Positions 19,269 through 30,051 are shown, counted from the first letter of the stretch. The stretch: DNA of 64,000 bases from an uncultured delta proteobacterium (GCA_963737905.1 CAVTUQ010000007.1:224001-288000); one strand, 5' to 3'. Numbers and translations: made by a program. The notes: a model not told the origin generated them from the letters alone.

Positions 19269-21872
19269 TTGATGGAGCTCACTAAGATTACACCGATGAT
19301 GCATCAGTACCTCCGGATCAAGGAGAGGTACCGGGATGCGATTCTCTTTTTTCGCCTCGGTGATTTTTATGAAATGTTCTTCGAAGATGCCGAGACGGCC
19401 TCCAAAATTCTGGACATAGCGTTGACATCGAGGAACAAGCACGAAGACTCCATCGTTCCCCTGTGTGGAGTGCCTTATCATTCGGCAGAGCCCTATATTC
19501 GAAAACTCTTGGAAGCGGGCCACAAGGTGGCGGTCTGTGAGCAAGTGGAAGATCCAAAGACGGCCAAGGGAGTGGTTCAGAGGGAAGTCGTTCGCGTGAT
19601 CACTCCCGGGACCGTTACGAGCGCCGACGCCTTAGAGGCTCGCGACAACAATTTTCTGGCCGCTGTATACGAAGGGCCCGGGAACTTTGGCTTGGCAGTC
19701 ACGGATATTACGACGGGCGAATTCCGCTTTACCCAACTGGCCGAAGAGCAGTTTCTATTTGACGAAATTAGCCGGGTGAAGCCGAGTGAGCTGCTGGTCG
19801 CCGAACGCGCCCCCGCGCTACGAGAACAGCTTCAAAAGAGCTTCCCGGCCGTTCATATCACGTTGCTGGCGGACTCTTTTTTCTCCGCGACGGCGGCCGT
19901 TAGACGGGTGAACGACGATGTACCGGGGGCTGACCATTGGCAGGAGGGAATCCGGGCTGCATCCGCGGTGGTCGGTTATCTCGAAAGCAATGCCGCCGAA
20001 TCACTTAACGTTTTGCGTGATTTGTCACCCTACGTGGCCTCCGGCTCTATGGTGCTCGACGAAACAACGCGAATCAACCTTGAACTCGTCACGAACTATC
20101 AGGGGGATAGAAAAGGTTCATTGCTGGCCGTCATCGATCGCACTTTGACGCCGATGGGCGCCAGGCGATTGCGTCAGTGTCTGCTGTACCCGCTGCTTGA
20201 TGAGCAGGCGATAAGAGAACGTCATGAAGGGGTTCAGGAGCTGGTCGACCATTTCCAGATGCGCCAGGAATTAAAGATCTGGCTGCGTCGGATGAGTGAT
20301 CTTGAGCGTCTTAGTGGCAGGGTGGTTGCGGGCAGCGCGCTGCCAAGGGATCTCGTTTCGATCCGGGAGACGCTAACCCACGTGGGGGCCGTGCGCGCAG
20401 AGATCAGTCCCTGTAACTCGACCATGTTGAAGGCGCTGCAAACAAAGATTGCGGAGTTACCTGATGTGGTTTCGCTCATCGATAGAGCTATCGTCGACGA
20501 GCCGCCGTTGTCGGTCAGGGAAGGCGGTTTTATTCGAGCCGGCTTTGATGCGGAGCTCGATGAGCTTCGCGGCATGCGCGCTCATGCCAAAGAATGGATG
20601 GCCAATTTCGAGGCTGGAGAGAAACGGCGCACGGGAATTCAATCCCTGAAGGTGAGATACAACCGCGTCTTCGGTTATTACATTGAAGTGACCAGGTCGA
20701 ATCTCAGGGCAGTGCCGGCAGACTACATTCGCAAGCAGACCCTCGCCAACGGCGAACGCTATATCACCCCGGAACTGAAAGAGTATGAGGCTAAGATTCT
20801 TAACGCCCAGGAACTGATCGAAAAAATAGAGATCGCCTTGCTCGCCCGCGTGCGCCAAGAAGTCGCCGTCCATTTTGTCGCTTTGAAGGAGATGAGCGTC
20901 GCTCTCGCGACCCTAGATATGCTGTTGTCGTTTGCAGAAGTCGCCGAGTCACTGCACTTCACCCGGCCGCGCGTGGATAAGGGCTTCGCGCTGTTCATCA
21001 GAGAGGGGCGCCATCCGGTGGTGGAAGCCACGTTGGGACGGGGCGGCTTCGTTCCCAACGACTCCCTTCTCGACCCGGCATCGAATCAGATCCTCATGCT
21101 GACGGGACCCAATATGGCGGGCAAGTCGACCTACATGCGGCAGGTCGCGTTGATCGTCATTCTCGCTCAGATGGGCAGCTTTGTGCCTGCAACCGAGGCT
21201 CGCATCGGTATAGCGGACCGTGTCTTTACCCGCATTGGAGCCACAGATTCACTGGCCCGCGGCGAGTCGACTTTCATGGTTGAGATGAAGGAGACTGCGA
21301 AGATCCTGCGTCATGCGACTCAGCGCAGTCTTATTTTGCTGGATGAGGTCGGCCGGGGCACGAGCACATTTGACGGCATCTCCATTGCCTGGGCGGTGGC
21401 GGAGCGTCTTCATGATATGCCGGAGCGACCGCGGACTCTTTTTGCAACCCACTATCATGAACTCACCGATTTGGCGCGGACAAAAGAAAGAATCAGGAAT
21501 TTTAACTTCTCTGTCAAGGAATGGCAGGGGGACGTCATTTTCCTGCGCAATCTGGTGGCAGGCGCCGCCAGTCACAGCTACGGAATCCACGTGGCACGGT
21601 TGGCCGGCCTGCCGGCGGTGGTCATCGAACGGGCCAAGGAAATTTTGCAGAACCTGGAGAGTGGCGAGGCCGAGGGAAAGAGAGCCGACACCGAAAAACG
21701 AGGAGCGGATGGAGGCGAACCGGTGCAGATGGCGCTGTTCGGATCCATGGAGAGAAAATTGAGCGAAGAACTAAGAAAACTCGATGTAGCACACCTATCG
21801 CCTATCGAGGCGCTCAATCTACTCTATGAATGGTCAGCGGTAGCGAAAAAAGTAGGCGCGGAAAAAAGGTAG
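19269..21872 (+). CDS. mutS: DNA mismatch repair protein MutS
   Basis: 'TPMMHQYL.IK...FFRLGDFYEMF', 'TGPNMAGKSTY', 'STFMVEM', 'DEVGRGTST'. Confidence 0.98.
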   Translation: MMELTKITPMMHQYLRIKERYRDAILFFRLGDFYEMFFEDAETASKILDIALTSRNKHEDSIVPLCGVPYHSAEPYIRKLLEAGHKVAVCEQVEDPKTAKGVVQREVVRVITPGTVTSADALEARDNNFLAAVYEGPGNFGLAVTDITTGEFRFTQLAEEQFLFDEISRVKPSELLVAERAPALREQLQKSFPAVHITLLADSFFSATAAVRRVNDDVPGADHWQEGIRAASAVVGYLESNAAESLNVLRDLSPYVASGSMVLDETTRINLELVTNYQGDRKGSLLAVIDRTLTPMGARRLRQCLLYPLLDEQAIRERHEGVQELVDHFQMRQELKIWLRRMSDLERLSGRVVAGSALPRDLVSIRETLTHVGAVRAEISPCNSTMLKALQTKIAELPDVVSLIDRAIVDEPPLSVREGGFIRAGFDAELDELRGMRAHAKEWMANFEAGEKRRTGIQSLKVRYNRVFGYYIEVTRSNLRAVPADYIRKQTLANGERYITPELKEYEAKILNAQELIEKIEIALLARVRQEVAVHFVALKEMSVALATLDMLLSFAEVAESLHFTRPRVDKGFALFIREGRHPVVEATLGRGGFVPNDSLLDPASNQILMLTGPNMAGKSTYMRQVALIVILAQMGSFVPATEARIGIADRVFTRIGATDSLARGESTFMVEMKETAKILRHATQRSLILLDEVGRGTSTFDGISIAWAVAERLHDMPERPRTLFATHYHELTDLARTKERIRNFNFSVKEWQGDVIFLRNLVAGAASHSYGIHVARLAGLPAVVIERAKEILQNLESGEAEGKRADTEKRGADGGEPVQMALFGSMERKLSEELRKLDVAHLSPIEALNLLYEWSAVAKKVGAEKR

Positions 21873-21880
21873 CTCGTCTT

Positions 21881-23197
21881 ATGCGTAAGCGACTTCTGCA
21901 CGGCATCATCGGATTCATAGCTTTGAGCCTATGGGTTCCGCAGGGCTGCGCGGGAGGTCCGGGAGCCTCCTATCGGCTCGCTCAGGTTCAGAAGCGGGAT
22001 TCGTCCAGAAACCCAACGACGAACGCTCGTAATAGCAATAAGCCGGAAAATGACAGGACCAATAATTCCGCTCAGGTGGCAGGTTTGTCGGAGAGACCAC
22101 GTCTCACCGCAGTGCGCCTTTTGTCGTCGAAGACCTCCACTCAAGTCATCATGGATTTGTCCCAAGAGGTGCGTTGGGAGATCAATCGACTCAAGGAGGA
22201 TGCGTCCAAAGGGTTGCCGTTTCGGATCTATATCGATCTATTCAATGCCACGCTCTCGATGGATTCGAAGAAGCCCATTGCGGTCGACGACGGCTTGCTC
22301 CGTCAAGTGCGGATCGCTCAATTCAGTACCGATGTCGTGCGCGTCGTAATAGAGATGACGAGTGCCGGAGAGCACAAAGCCTTCCTGTTGCCCGATCCAC
22401 ATCGACTTGTCGTTGACATCCAAGGACAGAAGAACGCCGAAGGCGTCGCTGGTATCGAAGAAAAGAAAACGGCGGCCCCGGCCATAAAAAGCAAACCGCT
22501 TGCGATTTCGGGAATCCGCAAGATTGTTTTGGATCCCGGGCACGGCGGCAAGGATCCGGGAGCCATTGGAATCGGGGGGATTGCAGAAAAGGACATTGTT
22601 CTGGCCATAGCGAAGAAATTAGCCAAGAAGCTACAACAAGAGATGGGGCTGGAGGTTGTTCTGACCCGGAAGGATGACCGGTTCATTCCTCTGGAAGACC
22701 GGACCGCCATCGCCAACGCCGAAGGAGCTGACCTTTTTCTCTCTTTGCATATGAACGCGAGTCCGAATGGTGAGGCGAAGGGCTTGGAGACTTATTATCT
22801 GGATAATACAACCGATGAGGCTTCGCTGAGGCTTGCGGCTCGAGAAAACGGTACCTCGCGCCGGAATGTTTCGGATTTACAGTTCATCTTGAGCGATATG
22901 ACACAGAACATGAAGCTCGAAGATTCGATTACCCTGGCCCATCATCTACAGCATTCCCTGGTCGACGGCCTGTCAACGAAGCTCGCCGATGTAAAGGACC
23001 TGGGGGTCAAAAAATCTCTCTTTTCCGTACTGGTGGGAGCGCGCATGCCCAGCGTTCTTGTGGAAATGTTTTTCATCACTAACAAGACAGAAGGACGCGC
23101 CATGAGTCAAGAAGGCTACCAGAACGCCGTGGTTGACGCTTTGTACGAGGGGATCGTGAAATACAAGGAAAGCACCGTGGCAAGCAAGACTCTATAA
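21881..23197 (+). CDS. amiC: N-acetylmuramoyl-L-alanine amidase with AMIN domains
   Basis: 'IVLDPGHGGKDPGA', 'LSLHMNA', 'PSVLVE'. Confidence 0.9.
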   Translation: MRKRLLHGIIGFIALSLWVPQGCAGGPGASYRLAQVQKRDSSRNPTTNARNSNKPENDRTNNSAQVAGLSERPRLTAVRLLSSKTSTQVIMDLSQEVRWEINRLKEDASKGLPFRIYIDLFNATLSMDSKKPIAVDDGLLRQVRIAQFSTDVVRVVIEMTSAGEHKAFLLPDPHRLVVDIQGQKNAEGVAGIEEKKTAAPAIKSKPLAISGIRKIVLDPGHGGKDPGAIGIGGIAEKDIVLAIAKKLAKKLQQEMGLEVVLTRKDDRFIPLEDRTAIANAEGADLFLSLHMNASPNGEAKGLETYYLDNTTDEASLRLAARENGTSRRNVSDLQFILSDMTQNMKLEDSITLAHHLQHSLVDGLSTKLADVKDLGVKKSLFSVLVGARMPSVLVEMFFITNKTEGRAMSQEGYQNAVVDALYEGIVKYKESTVASKTL

Positions 23198-23211
23198 GGG
23201 GACACTTCGGC

Positions 23212-25920
23212 GTGGACGCAATTGCACTTTCCCGTTCTCTCCTGGATGAAACCCAAGCGGAGTCCGACCTCAGACGCGCTGCGCGGACCTATGTAAAAAA
23301 GGGCCGGGAGTTGCTTCTGGAAAGACACCGAGCGGGTGCGGGCGGCTTGGAGGTGGTATCCGCCTACTCGACGATGATGGATCAACTGATCCGGTATCTT
23401 TTCGGTAAAGTGAGCGATGACTTCATTCGAAGATATCCCAGTGAAAATCAACGCTGCACCGTCATTGCCCAGGGCGGATACGGGAGGGGAGAGCTCAATC
23501 CTTATTCCGATATCGATCTGCTGTTTCTCTACGCCTGGAAAATCTCGCCCTACGTCGAAGCGGTAACGGAAAGGCTGCTCTACACGTTGTGGGACGCCGG
23601 ACTCCAGGTGGGTCACGCCACTCGCACCGTCAAAGAATCCATTGCGTTGTCGGCCTCCGATATGAAAGTGAAGACGGCGCTTCTGGACGCGCGTTACCTA
23701 TGCGGTCATTATGAACTCTACCAGGAGTTTGACAAAGCCGTGGAGAACCGCTTGGTCAAAAGGCGAGTCAATCGATTCGTCCATGACAAGTTGACGGAAA
23801 ATCAACTGCGCCATGAAAGCTACGGAGGATCGGTCTATCTATTGGAGCCCGACGTGAAAGACGGCGAGGGTGGCCTTCGCGATATCCATACGACCCGATG
23901 GATCGGCCGCGTCAAGGCAGGCGCGAAGGATCTCGATGCGCTGGCTTTAAAGGGGATCGTCAGTGCGGGCGATGTCGGCAAGCTCAAAATCTCCCAGGAT
24001 TTTCTGTTGCGGGTGCGCAACGAGCTTCATTTTTCCACCGGCAAACATCAGGACCAGCTGACTTTCGAAGAGCAGCAAAAAGTAAGCCACGCCCTTGGCT
24101 TCGAAGGCGAGGGAACTCTGAAGGCGGTTGAAGTTTTCATGCGGAATTATTATTTGCATGCCGCGCAGATCAGCCGCCTCACCTCACTGATCATTCACCG
24201 CCTAACCGATGCGTCGTACCCGCTCGTGGGCGGACTTTACAACCGCGCCAAGACTGTGCGCGAGGGTATCTGCATTTCACACCGCCAGCTCTACATCACA
24301 AAGCCGGGTATTCTCAAAGCTGATCCGGCCAATCTCATCGAAGTGTTTCTCGAGATGCAGAAGCATCGCTCGGAGCTGAGTCACGAAACGCGGGAGCTCT
24401 TACGCGAACAGATCGGGTTGATCGATGATCGCTTGCGCGGCTCGGCGGCGGCCAATGTTCCGTTCTTCAAAATCCTCAAGGGGAGAGAGAGGGTTTACGA
24501 GACCCTTTTAGAAATGCATCGATGCGGGATTCTCGGAGCGTTTATCCCCGAGTTCGGCCGGCTACTTTGTATGGTGTTGCATGATGCGTACCACACTTAC
24601 ACGGTGGATCAGCATTCCCTCAAATTGATCCAGGAGATCGAGAGGCTTAAAGCGGGAAAATACAAGGAGGGGCTGCCCCTCCTCACCCAACTAGCGCGCG
24701 AGACGGACAAAGTCGAATTGCTGTATCTCGGGCTGATGTTTCACGATATCGGAAAAGGATTTGGCGGGGGACATTCGGAGATCGGCGCCCGTTTGGTGCA
24801 GCCCATCGCGCAACGCATGGGTCTCAACGCCGACGACGAGGCGCTGGTGGAATTTTTAGTGCGCTATCATCTGTTGATGACCCATACGGCGTTTCGGCGG
24901 GATTTGGAGGACGACAAAACGATTTTTGACTTCGCCAAAACAATGGGCAACGTCAACAACTTAAAAATGCTTTATTTGCTAACGTTCGCCGACGTCAAAG
25001 CTGTCGGGCCGGATGTCTGGAATCCATGGAAGGCGTCGTTACTGGGCGAGCTTTATTTTAAGACATTGAAGATACTGGAAGAAATGGAAAAGGGCGAGTT
25101 CCAACGCGAAGATGTGCGGGCGGTGCTAAGAAGAATCCAGGACCGGGTCCGGCAGCAGCTAGCCAAAGATCATCCGGCCCACAGGGTGGATCACTTTCTG
25201 GAGGCGATGCCGGAAAGATATTTTCTTTCCACTGCGGAAAACGACATTCCGGGTCACTTCGAGTTGATGGAAAAGTTTGCAGGAAAGGGGGCGGTCACCG
25301 CCGTCGAACACTTTCCGGAAAGGGATTGCAGTTCAGTAGGGATCTGCACTCAAGATCGCCCCGGGCTTTTTGCCTCAATCACGGGCACGTTGACAGCCCA
25401 GAATTTAGACATTCTGAACGCCAGGATTTTTACTTCCAGCGACGGTCGAATCCTGGACGTCTTTCGGATCTCTCACCACGGGCGCTCCGAGCTTGTCATG
25501 GCGGAGCAGAAGTGGAGCAAATTTCGCTCGACCCTGGATCAAGTCCTAGAAGGTCGATCGGATGTGGCCCGGCTCGTGGAAAATTCCCAAAGTTCCTCCT
25601 TCCTCCAAAAGCACGTGCCGAAAGTACCCACGGTTATTCAGGTGGATAACGAGGCGTCGGACTACTTTACGATCGTGGAAGTATTTACCGAGGATCGGAT
25701 CGGCGTCCTGTTCAAGATCACTTACGCGCTGCATCAACTCGGTTTGTCTATCCACGTCGCCAAGATATCGACCAACGTCGATCAGGCAGCCGATATTTTC
25801 TATGTTACGGACGAAAATGGAAAAAAGATTCAAGAGCCGGCTCGACTCGAAGGGATTCGCTTGTCTCTTTACGAAAGCTTAGCACCGCAGGATGAAAGAA
25901 TCGCTCAGTCCTTACATTGA
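23212..25920 (+). CDS. glnD: [Protein-PII] uridylyltransferase
   Basis: 'GGYGRGELNPYSDIDL', 'EPDVKDGEGGLRD', HD 'FHDIGKG', two ACT domains. Confidence 0.97.
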   Translation: MDAIALSRSLLDETQAESDLRRAARTYVKKGRELLLERHRAGAGGLEVVSAYSTMMDQLIRYLFGKVSDDFIRRYPSENQRCTVIAQGGYGRGELNPYSDIDLLFLYAWKISPYVEAVTERLLYTLWDAGLQVGHATRTVKESIALSASDMKVKTALLDARYLCGHYELYQEFDKAVENRLVKRRVNRFVHDKLTENQLRHESYGGSVYLLEPDVKDGEGGLRDIHTTRWIGRVKAGAKDLDALALKGIVSAGDVGKLKISQDFLLRVRNELHFSTGKHQDQLTFEEQQKVSHALGFEGEGTLKAVEVFMRNYYLHAAQISRLTSLIIHRLTDASYPLVGGLYNRAKTVREGICISHRQLYITKPGILKADPANLIEVFLEMQKHRSELSHETRELLREQIGLIDDRLRGSAAANVPFFKILKGRERVYETLLEMHRCGILGAFIPEFGRLLCMVLHDAYHTYTVDQHSLKLIQEIERLKAGKYKEGLPLLTQLARETDKVELLYLGLMFHDIGKGFGGGHSEIGARLVQPIAQRMGLNADDEALVEFLVRYHLLMTHTAFRRDLEDDKTIFDFAKTMGNVNNLKMLYLLTFADVKAVGPDVWNPWKASLLGELYFKTLKILEEMEKGEFQREDVRAVLRRIQDRVRQQLAKDHPAHRVDHFLEAMPERYFLSTAENDIPGHFELMEKFAGKGAVTAVEHFPERDCSSVGICTQDRPGLFASITGTLTAQNLDILNARIFTSSDGRILDVFRISHHGRSELVMAEQKWSKFRSTLDQVLEGRSDVARLVENSQSSSFLQKHVPKVPTVIQVDNEASDYFTIVEVFTEDRIGVLFKITYALHQLGLSIHVAKISTNVDQAADIFYVTDENGKKIQEPARLEGIRLSLYESLAPQDERIAQSLH

Positions 25921-26818
25921 CTCCTTTCTAACGATGATCGCGGTGGAGAAGGGGTTGGCCAAAAATACGGTTGAGGCCTACAGCCGCGACCTGATTCGAT
26001 TGGTAGAGTTTTTGGCCGGCCAGGGCGTTGCATCCTGGGAAGGCACCGAAAGCGTTCATCTCCGTTCCTACGTATCATCGCTGCGGCGCAACGGGCTAAG
26101 CGCGCGTTCCATAGCCCGCCATGTCGTGACAGTGCGCCGATTTTATCGCTTTTTAGAAACGGAAGGGGTCGTCGGCGAGAGTCCCGTACTTTCATTCCAT
26201 CTGGCCGCCAGCGGGAGAAAGTTGCCGCAAACGCTATCGGCGGACGATGTTCGAAAGCTGCTGGCTCAGCCGAACCTGAAGGAGCCGCTTGGAGTCCGTG
26301 ATCAGGCGATGCTCGAACTTTTGTACGCCACCGGGTTGCGGGTTTCTGAACTGATTCTTTTGCAGATGCAGCAGGTCAATTTTCAAGGTAATTTTTTGAC
26401 TGTGAAGGGCAAGGGCTCGAAGATGAGAGCGGTTCCCTTCGGAAAATGGGCCCGGCAAAAGTTGCTCGACTACATCAATGGTACGAGACCGCGGCTGTTC
26501 AAGGGTAGAGCCAGCGTTTTTGTATTTATCAAACGCTCGGGGCGGCCTTTGACGCGCCAGGGGTTCTGGAAGCTTGTTCGAGCTCACGCGCTGGCAGCCG
26601 GAGTCGAGAAACGAGTCACGCCGCACACCTTACGCCATTCGTTTGCTACCCATCTTCTCGAAGGGGGTGCCGATCTCCGCTCCGTGCAATCGATGTTGGG
26701 TCATGCGGATATCTCGACGACACAAATTTACACCCACGTGAACGGCGCGAGACTCAAAGAAGTTCACCGGCGACATCATCCGAGGGAGCACGGCGGCAGG
26801 AAAAAGGCCCTGGAGTAA
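25892..26818 (+). CDS. xerD: Site-specific tyrosine recombinase XerD
   Basis: 'EKGLAKNTVEAY', 'ELLYATGLRVSEL', '[40 protein letters not shown]'. Confidence 0.95.
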   Translation: MKESLSPYIDSFLTMIAVEKGLAKNTVEAYSRDLIRLVEFLAGQGVASWEGTESVHLRSYVSSLRRNGLSARSIARHVVTVRRFYRFLETEGVVGESPVLSFHLAASGRKLPQTLSADDVRKLLAQPNLKEPLGVRDQAMLELLYATGLRVSELILLQMQQVNFQGNFLTVKGKGSKMRAVPFGKWARQKLLDYINGTRPRLFKGRASVFVFIKRSGRPLTRQGFWKLVRAHALAAGVEKRVTPHTLRHSFATHLLEGGADLRSVQSMLGHADISTTQIYTHVNGARLKEVHRRHHPREHGGRKKALE

Positions 26819-26890
26819 TGGAGTAGTGGAGCGGAGGAGTATTGGGGAAGACTGATCGCTCATAACAAGAACCCATCACTCCAGCTCTCT
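26812..26890. repeat. 8-bp GGAGTANT tandem repeat with downstream inverse copy
   Basis: ggagtaat ggagtagt ggagcgga ggagtatt ggg ... cccatcactccagctctc. Confidence 0.6.
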
Positions 26891-26954
26891 TCATGCTTGT
26901 CTTTTCACAGGGCTTGCCGTATTCATGTTAAGATAGCGAATAAATGAGCCGATT

Positions 26955-27626
26955 TTGGTAGACGCCATCCAACAAATTGCCCTCTGGGCTCTTCCGGTCC
27001 TGGTCGCAATCATCTTTCACGAAGTATCCCATGGATGGGTGGCCTATCGGTTGGGGGATCCTACCGCGGCGAGAATGGGTCGGCTGACGCTCAATCCGAT
27101 CGCTCATATAGATCTGATTGGAACCATCTTGTTGCCGGCGCTATTGATCATTTCCAACGCGCCATTTTTGTTTGGTTACGCGAAACCCGTGCCGGTGAAT
27201 TTCCAGAATCTTAGGAACCCAAAGCGGGATATGGTCTGGGTGGCATTGGCCGGGCCGGTCATGAATCTTTTATTGGCGTTGGGTTGCGTCCTGGTTTTAA
27301 AGATGGGCTTGCCGCTCATCGCGTCGGGAGCGATCCATTCGTCTTCATCCGCGTTAGTGGACTTTCTCGCGCCCGTGGCCCTCATGGCCAAAAATGGAGT
27401 GCTCATCAACATCGTCTTAGCTGTTTTTAACGCGTTACCGCTCCCTCCATTGGATGGGGGTAGGGTGGCGGTGGGATTGCTTCCGGAGCCGCAATCCTCC
27501 ATGCTGGCCCGGCTTGAGCCCTACGGTTTTTTGATCCTTATCGTGTTGCTTATGACGCACCTGCTGGACAGAATTATTGGACCCCCGATTGAATTTTTAA
27601 TTAACTTTTATTTCAAGCTGCTTTAG
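26955..27626 (+). CDS. Site-2 protease (M50) family
   Basis: 'HEVSH', 'NALPLPPLDGG'. Confidence 0.92.
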   Translation: MVDAIQQIALWALPVLVAIIFHEVSHGWVAYRLGDPTAARMGRLTLNPIAHIDLIGTILLPALLIISNAPFLFGYAKPVPVNFQNLRNPKRDMVWVALAGPVMNLLLALGCVLVLKMGLPLIASGAIHSSSSALVDFLAPVALMAKNGVLINIVLAVFNALPLPPLDGGRVAVGLLPEPQSSMLARLEPYGFLILIVLLMTHLLDRIIGPPIEFLINFYFKLL

Positions 27627-27637
27627 AATTTACGATT

Positions 27638-28615
27638 ATGGATACCATCGTCAGCGGTATGCGGCCCACGGGGCGCCTTCATTTGGGTCATCTTCATGGC
27701 GCGCTGAAGAACTGGCTGAGACTTCAGGAGAATTATCGTTGTTACTTCTTCGTCGCGGACTGGCACGCACTCACAACCGATTACGCCAATCCGCAAGGCA
27801 TCAATCCGAGCACCAAAGAGATGGTCATGGACTGGTTAAGCGTGGGGCTGGACCCAAATCGCTCGACACTTTTTCGGCAATCGCGTGTCAAAGAGCATGC
27901 GGAGCTGCACCTGCTTTTTTCCATGATTACACCGGTTCCATGGCTGGAGCGCAACCCCACGTATAAAGACCAGATCAAGGAATTGGTGGAAAAGGATCTG
28001 TCCACGTACGGCTTTCTGGGTTACCCGGTTTTGCAGGCTGCGGACATTACCATTTATAAGGCCCACAAGGTCCCCGTCGGAGTCGATCAAGCGCCGCACG
28101 TTGAACTGACGCGCGAGATTGTACGGCGCTTCAACCAGATTTACCGCCCCATCTTTCCGGAGCCTGAAGTTCTCTTGACCGAGGCTCAGAAAGTGCCTGG
28201 GTTGGACGGGCGCAAGATGAGCAAGAGCTATAACAACGCCGTGTTTCTGGCCGACACACCACAGGAAATCGACCAGAAATTGAGTCGCATGATGACCGAT
28301 CCGGCGCGCGTCAGACGGACCGATCCCGGTGAACCGGAAAAGTGCCCGGCCTTCCAACTGCACAAGATCTATTGCACCCAGGAAGAGATCGACTACGTTT
28401 CGCAGGGCTGTCGTACCGCCGGCATCGGTTGCCTGGACTGCAAGAAGGTTATGATCAGGCATGTGATCGAAGATCTGGGGCCGTTCCGTGAGCAAAGGGC
28501 GCGCTACGAGGAAAACCCCGACCAGGTCGAAGCGGTGCTGGCAGCCGGTAACGAGATCGCTCACCAAAAAGCGACCGAAACCATGGTCGAAGTGCGCGAG
28601 GCTGTAGGGCTGTGA
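27638..28615 (+). CDS. trpS: Tryptophanyl-tRNA synthetase
   Basis: 'SGMRPTGRLHLGH', 'YPVLQAADI', 'KMSKS'. Confidence 0.97.
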   Translation: MDTIVSGMRPTGRLHLGHLHGALKNWLRLQENYRCYFFVADWHALTTDYANPQGINPSTKEMVMDWLSVGLDPNRSTLFRQSRVKEHAELHLLFSMITPVPWLERNPTYKDQIKELVEKDLSTYGFLGYPVLQAADITIYKAHKVPVGVDQAPHVELTREIVRRFNQIYRPIFPEPEVLLTEAQKVPGLDGRKMSKSYNNAVFLADTPQEIDQKLSRMMTDPARVRRTDPGEPEKCPAFQLHKIYCTQEEIDYVSQGCRTAGIGCLDCKKVMIRHVIEDLGPFREQRARYEENPDQVEAVLAAGNEIAHQKATETMVEVREAVGL

Positions 28616-29382
28616 CGACTCGAGTACAACTCGAAATCTTCGAAGGTCCATTGGACCTGCTGCTTCATCTGATTAAAAAAAATGAAGTCAGCATCACCGA
28701 TATTCCGATCGCGACCATCACCGAGCAGTATCTGGCGACTCTGGATGTCATGCAGAGTTTGAGTCTTGATGTCGCGGGTGAATTTTTGGTCATGGCGGCT
28801 ACCCTCATCCACATCAAATCGCGCATGCTACTGCCCATGACAGACGAGGAAGAGGACGAAGAAGAGGGGGCGGATCCCCGGGCGGAGCTGGTGAGGAGGC
28901 TGCTCGAATACCAGCGCTTCAAGGATGCGGCGGATCAATTGGAGCGAAGAGAGCTCCTGACGCGGGACGTGTTCGTCCGTTCCGCAGCTCCAGCCGAAGA
29001 CATCCCCGCGCCGGGATTTCGTGAAGTATCGGTATTCGAACTTTTGACGGCACTGAAGCGGGTTATGGATCGATTGCCTAAGGATGTCGTCCATGAGGTC
29101 ATGCTGGAAAAGACCACCGTGCGCGAAAAAATGACCCTGCTGCTCGATCAATTGCGCGCCCAGGGAAAACTCCTATTTGAGTCGCTCTTCAGCGATATGA
29201 AGACCCGGTTGGAAGTGGTCGTTACCTTTCTCGCGATGTTGGAGCTGGTTAAAATGCGCGCCATCAGAATCTTTCAGGAAGAAAGAAGCGGGCCGATTCA
29301 GATCGAAGCGGCAGCGGGTATCGAGAACATACCGGCGGTTATTGCGACGCCGGGCACCGAGGAAGATCAGCATGGAACGTGA
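28612..29382 (+). CDS. scpA: Segregation/condensation protein A
   Basis: 'FEGPLDLLLHLI', 'FLAMLEL'. Confidence 0.95.
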   Translation: MTTRVQLEIFEGPLDLLLHLIKKNEVSITDIPIATITEQYLATLDVMQSLSLDVAGEFLVMAATLIHIKSRMLLPMTDEEEDEEEGADPRAELVRRLLEYQRFKDAADQLERRELLTRDVFVRSAAPAEDIPAPGFREVSVFELLTALKRVMDRLPKDVVHEVMLEKTTVREKMTLLLDQLRAQGKLLFESLFSDMKTRLEVVVTFLAMLELVKMRAIRIFQEERSGPIQIEAAAGIENIPAVIATPGTEEDQHGT

Positions 29383-29947
29383 AGACATAAAGTCGATTAT
29401 TGAAAGCTTGTTGTTCGTTGCCGACGGACCCCTGACCATCCAGAGGTTGGGCGAAGTGCTGGAAGGCGTTGAGAAGGAGGATATTCGGTCGACTCTGGAT
29501 GAACTACAGACGGAGCTAGAAAGCAACCGGCGCGGAGTTCGGCTCGTCGAGGTCGCCGGCGGCTACCAGTTACGGACGGCGAAAGTCAACGCCGATTGGG
29601 TCAAAAAATTCCTCGGGGGGCGGCCCGCGCGCATGGGTCGAGCAACCCTCGAAACTTTGGCAATCATAGCCTATCGGCAACCGATCACCCGAGCGGAGAT
29701 CGAGGCGATCCGGGGCGTCGATGTGGACGGTGTCATCAACACGCTTTTGGATCGGAGTTTGATTCGCGCCGTAGCCCGCAAGGACGTCCCCGGGAGGCCC
29801 TTTCTCTACGGGACGACGCCTGAATTTTTGCAGTTATTCAATCTCAAGGATCTGACCCATTTGCCCACGCTCAAAGAGATGCAAGAGATCACTTTGCCGG
29901 AGATACCCGGTGAAGAGCTACCGCTCGAAAGTGCCGAAGAGTGCTAG
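29372..29947 (+). CDS. scpB: Segregation/condensation protein B
   Basis: 'LETLAIIAYRQPITRAEIEAIRGV', 'GRPFLYGTT'. Confidence 0.95.
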   Translation: MEREDIKSIIESLLFVADGPLTIQRLGEVLEGVEKEDIRSTLDELQTELESNRRGVRLVEVAGGYQLRTAKVNADWVKKFLGGRPARMGRATLETLAIIAYRQPITRAEIEAIRGVDVDGVINTLLDRSLIRAVARKDVPGRPFLYGTTPEFLQLFNLKDLTHLPTLKEMQEITLPEIPGEELPLESAEEC

Positions 29948-29990
29948 ACTAGACAAAGACTAGCTTCTTACTGAAAAACCTCTCGGAGTC

Positions 29991-30051
29991 CTTCGACGGC
30001 GCTCAGGACGAGCGGAGGGGAATTTTCCGTTCATGCTGAGGATCTCGAAGC
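29991..30051. repeat. REP-like palindromic element
   Basis: cttcgacggcgctcaggacgagcgg ... ccgttcatgctgaggatctcgaag imperfect inverted repeat. Confidence 0.6.

Noticed and set aside
25892-26818. Mobile-element integrase
   Set aside because: Housekeeping XerD in a conserved glnD-xerD-S2P-trpS-scpAB context
27836-28651. Long antisense ORFs (also 7480-8121, 36300-37091, 42059-42856)
   Set aside because: Shadow or alternative-frame ORFs of well-supported genes in GC-rich DNA, with no recognisable motifs
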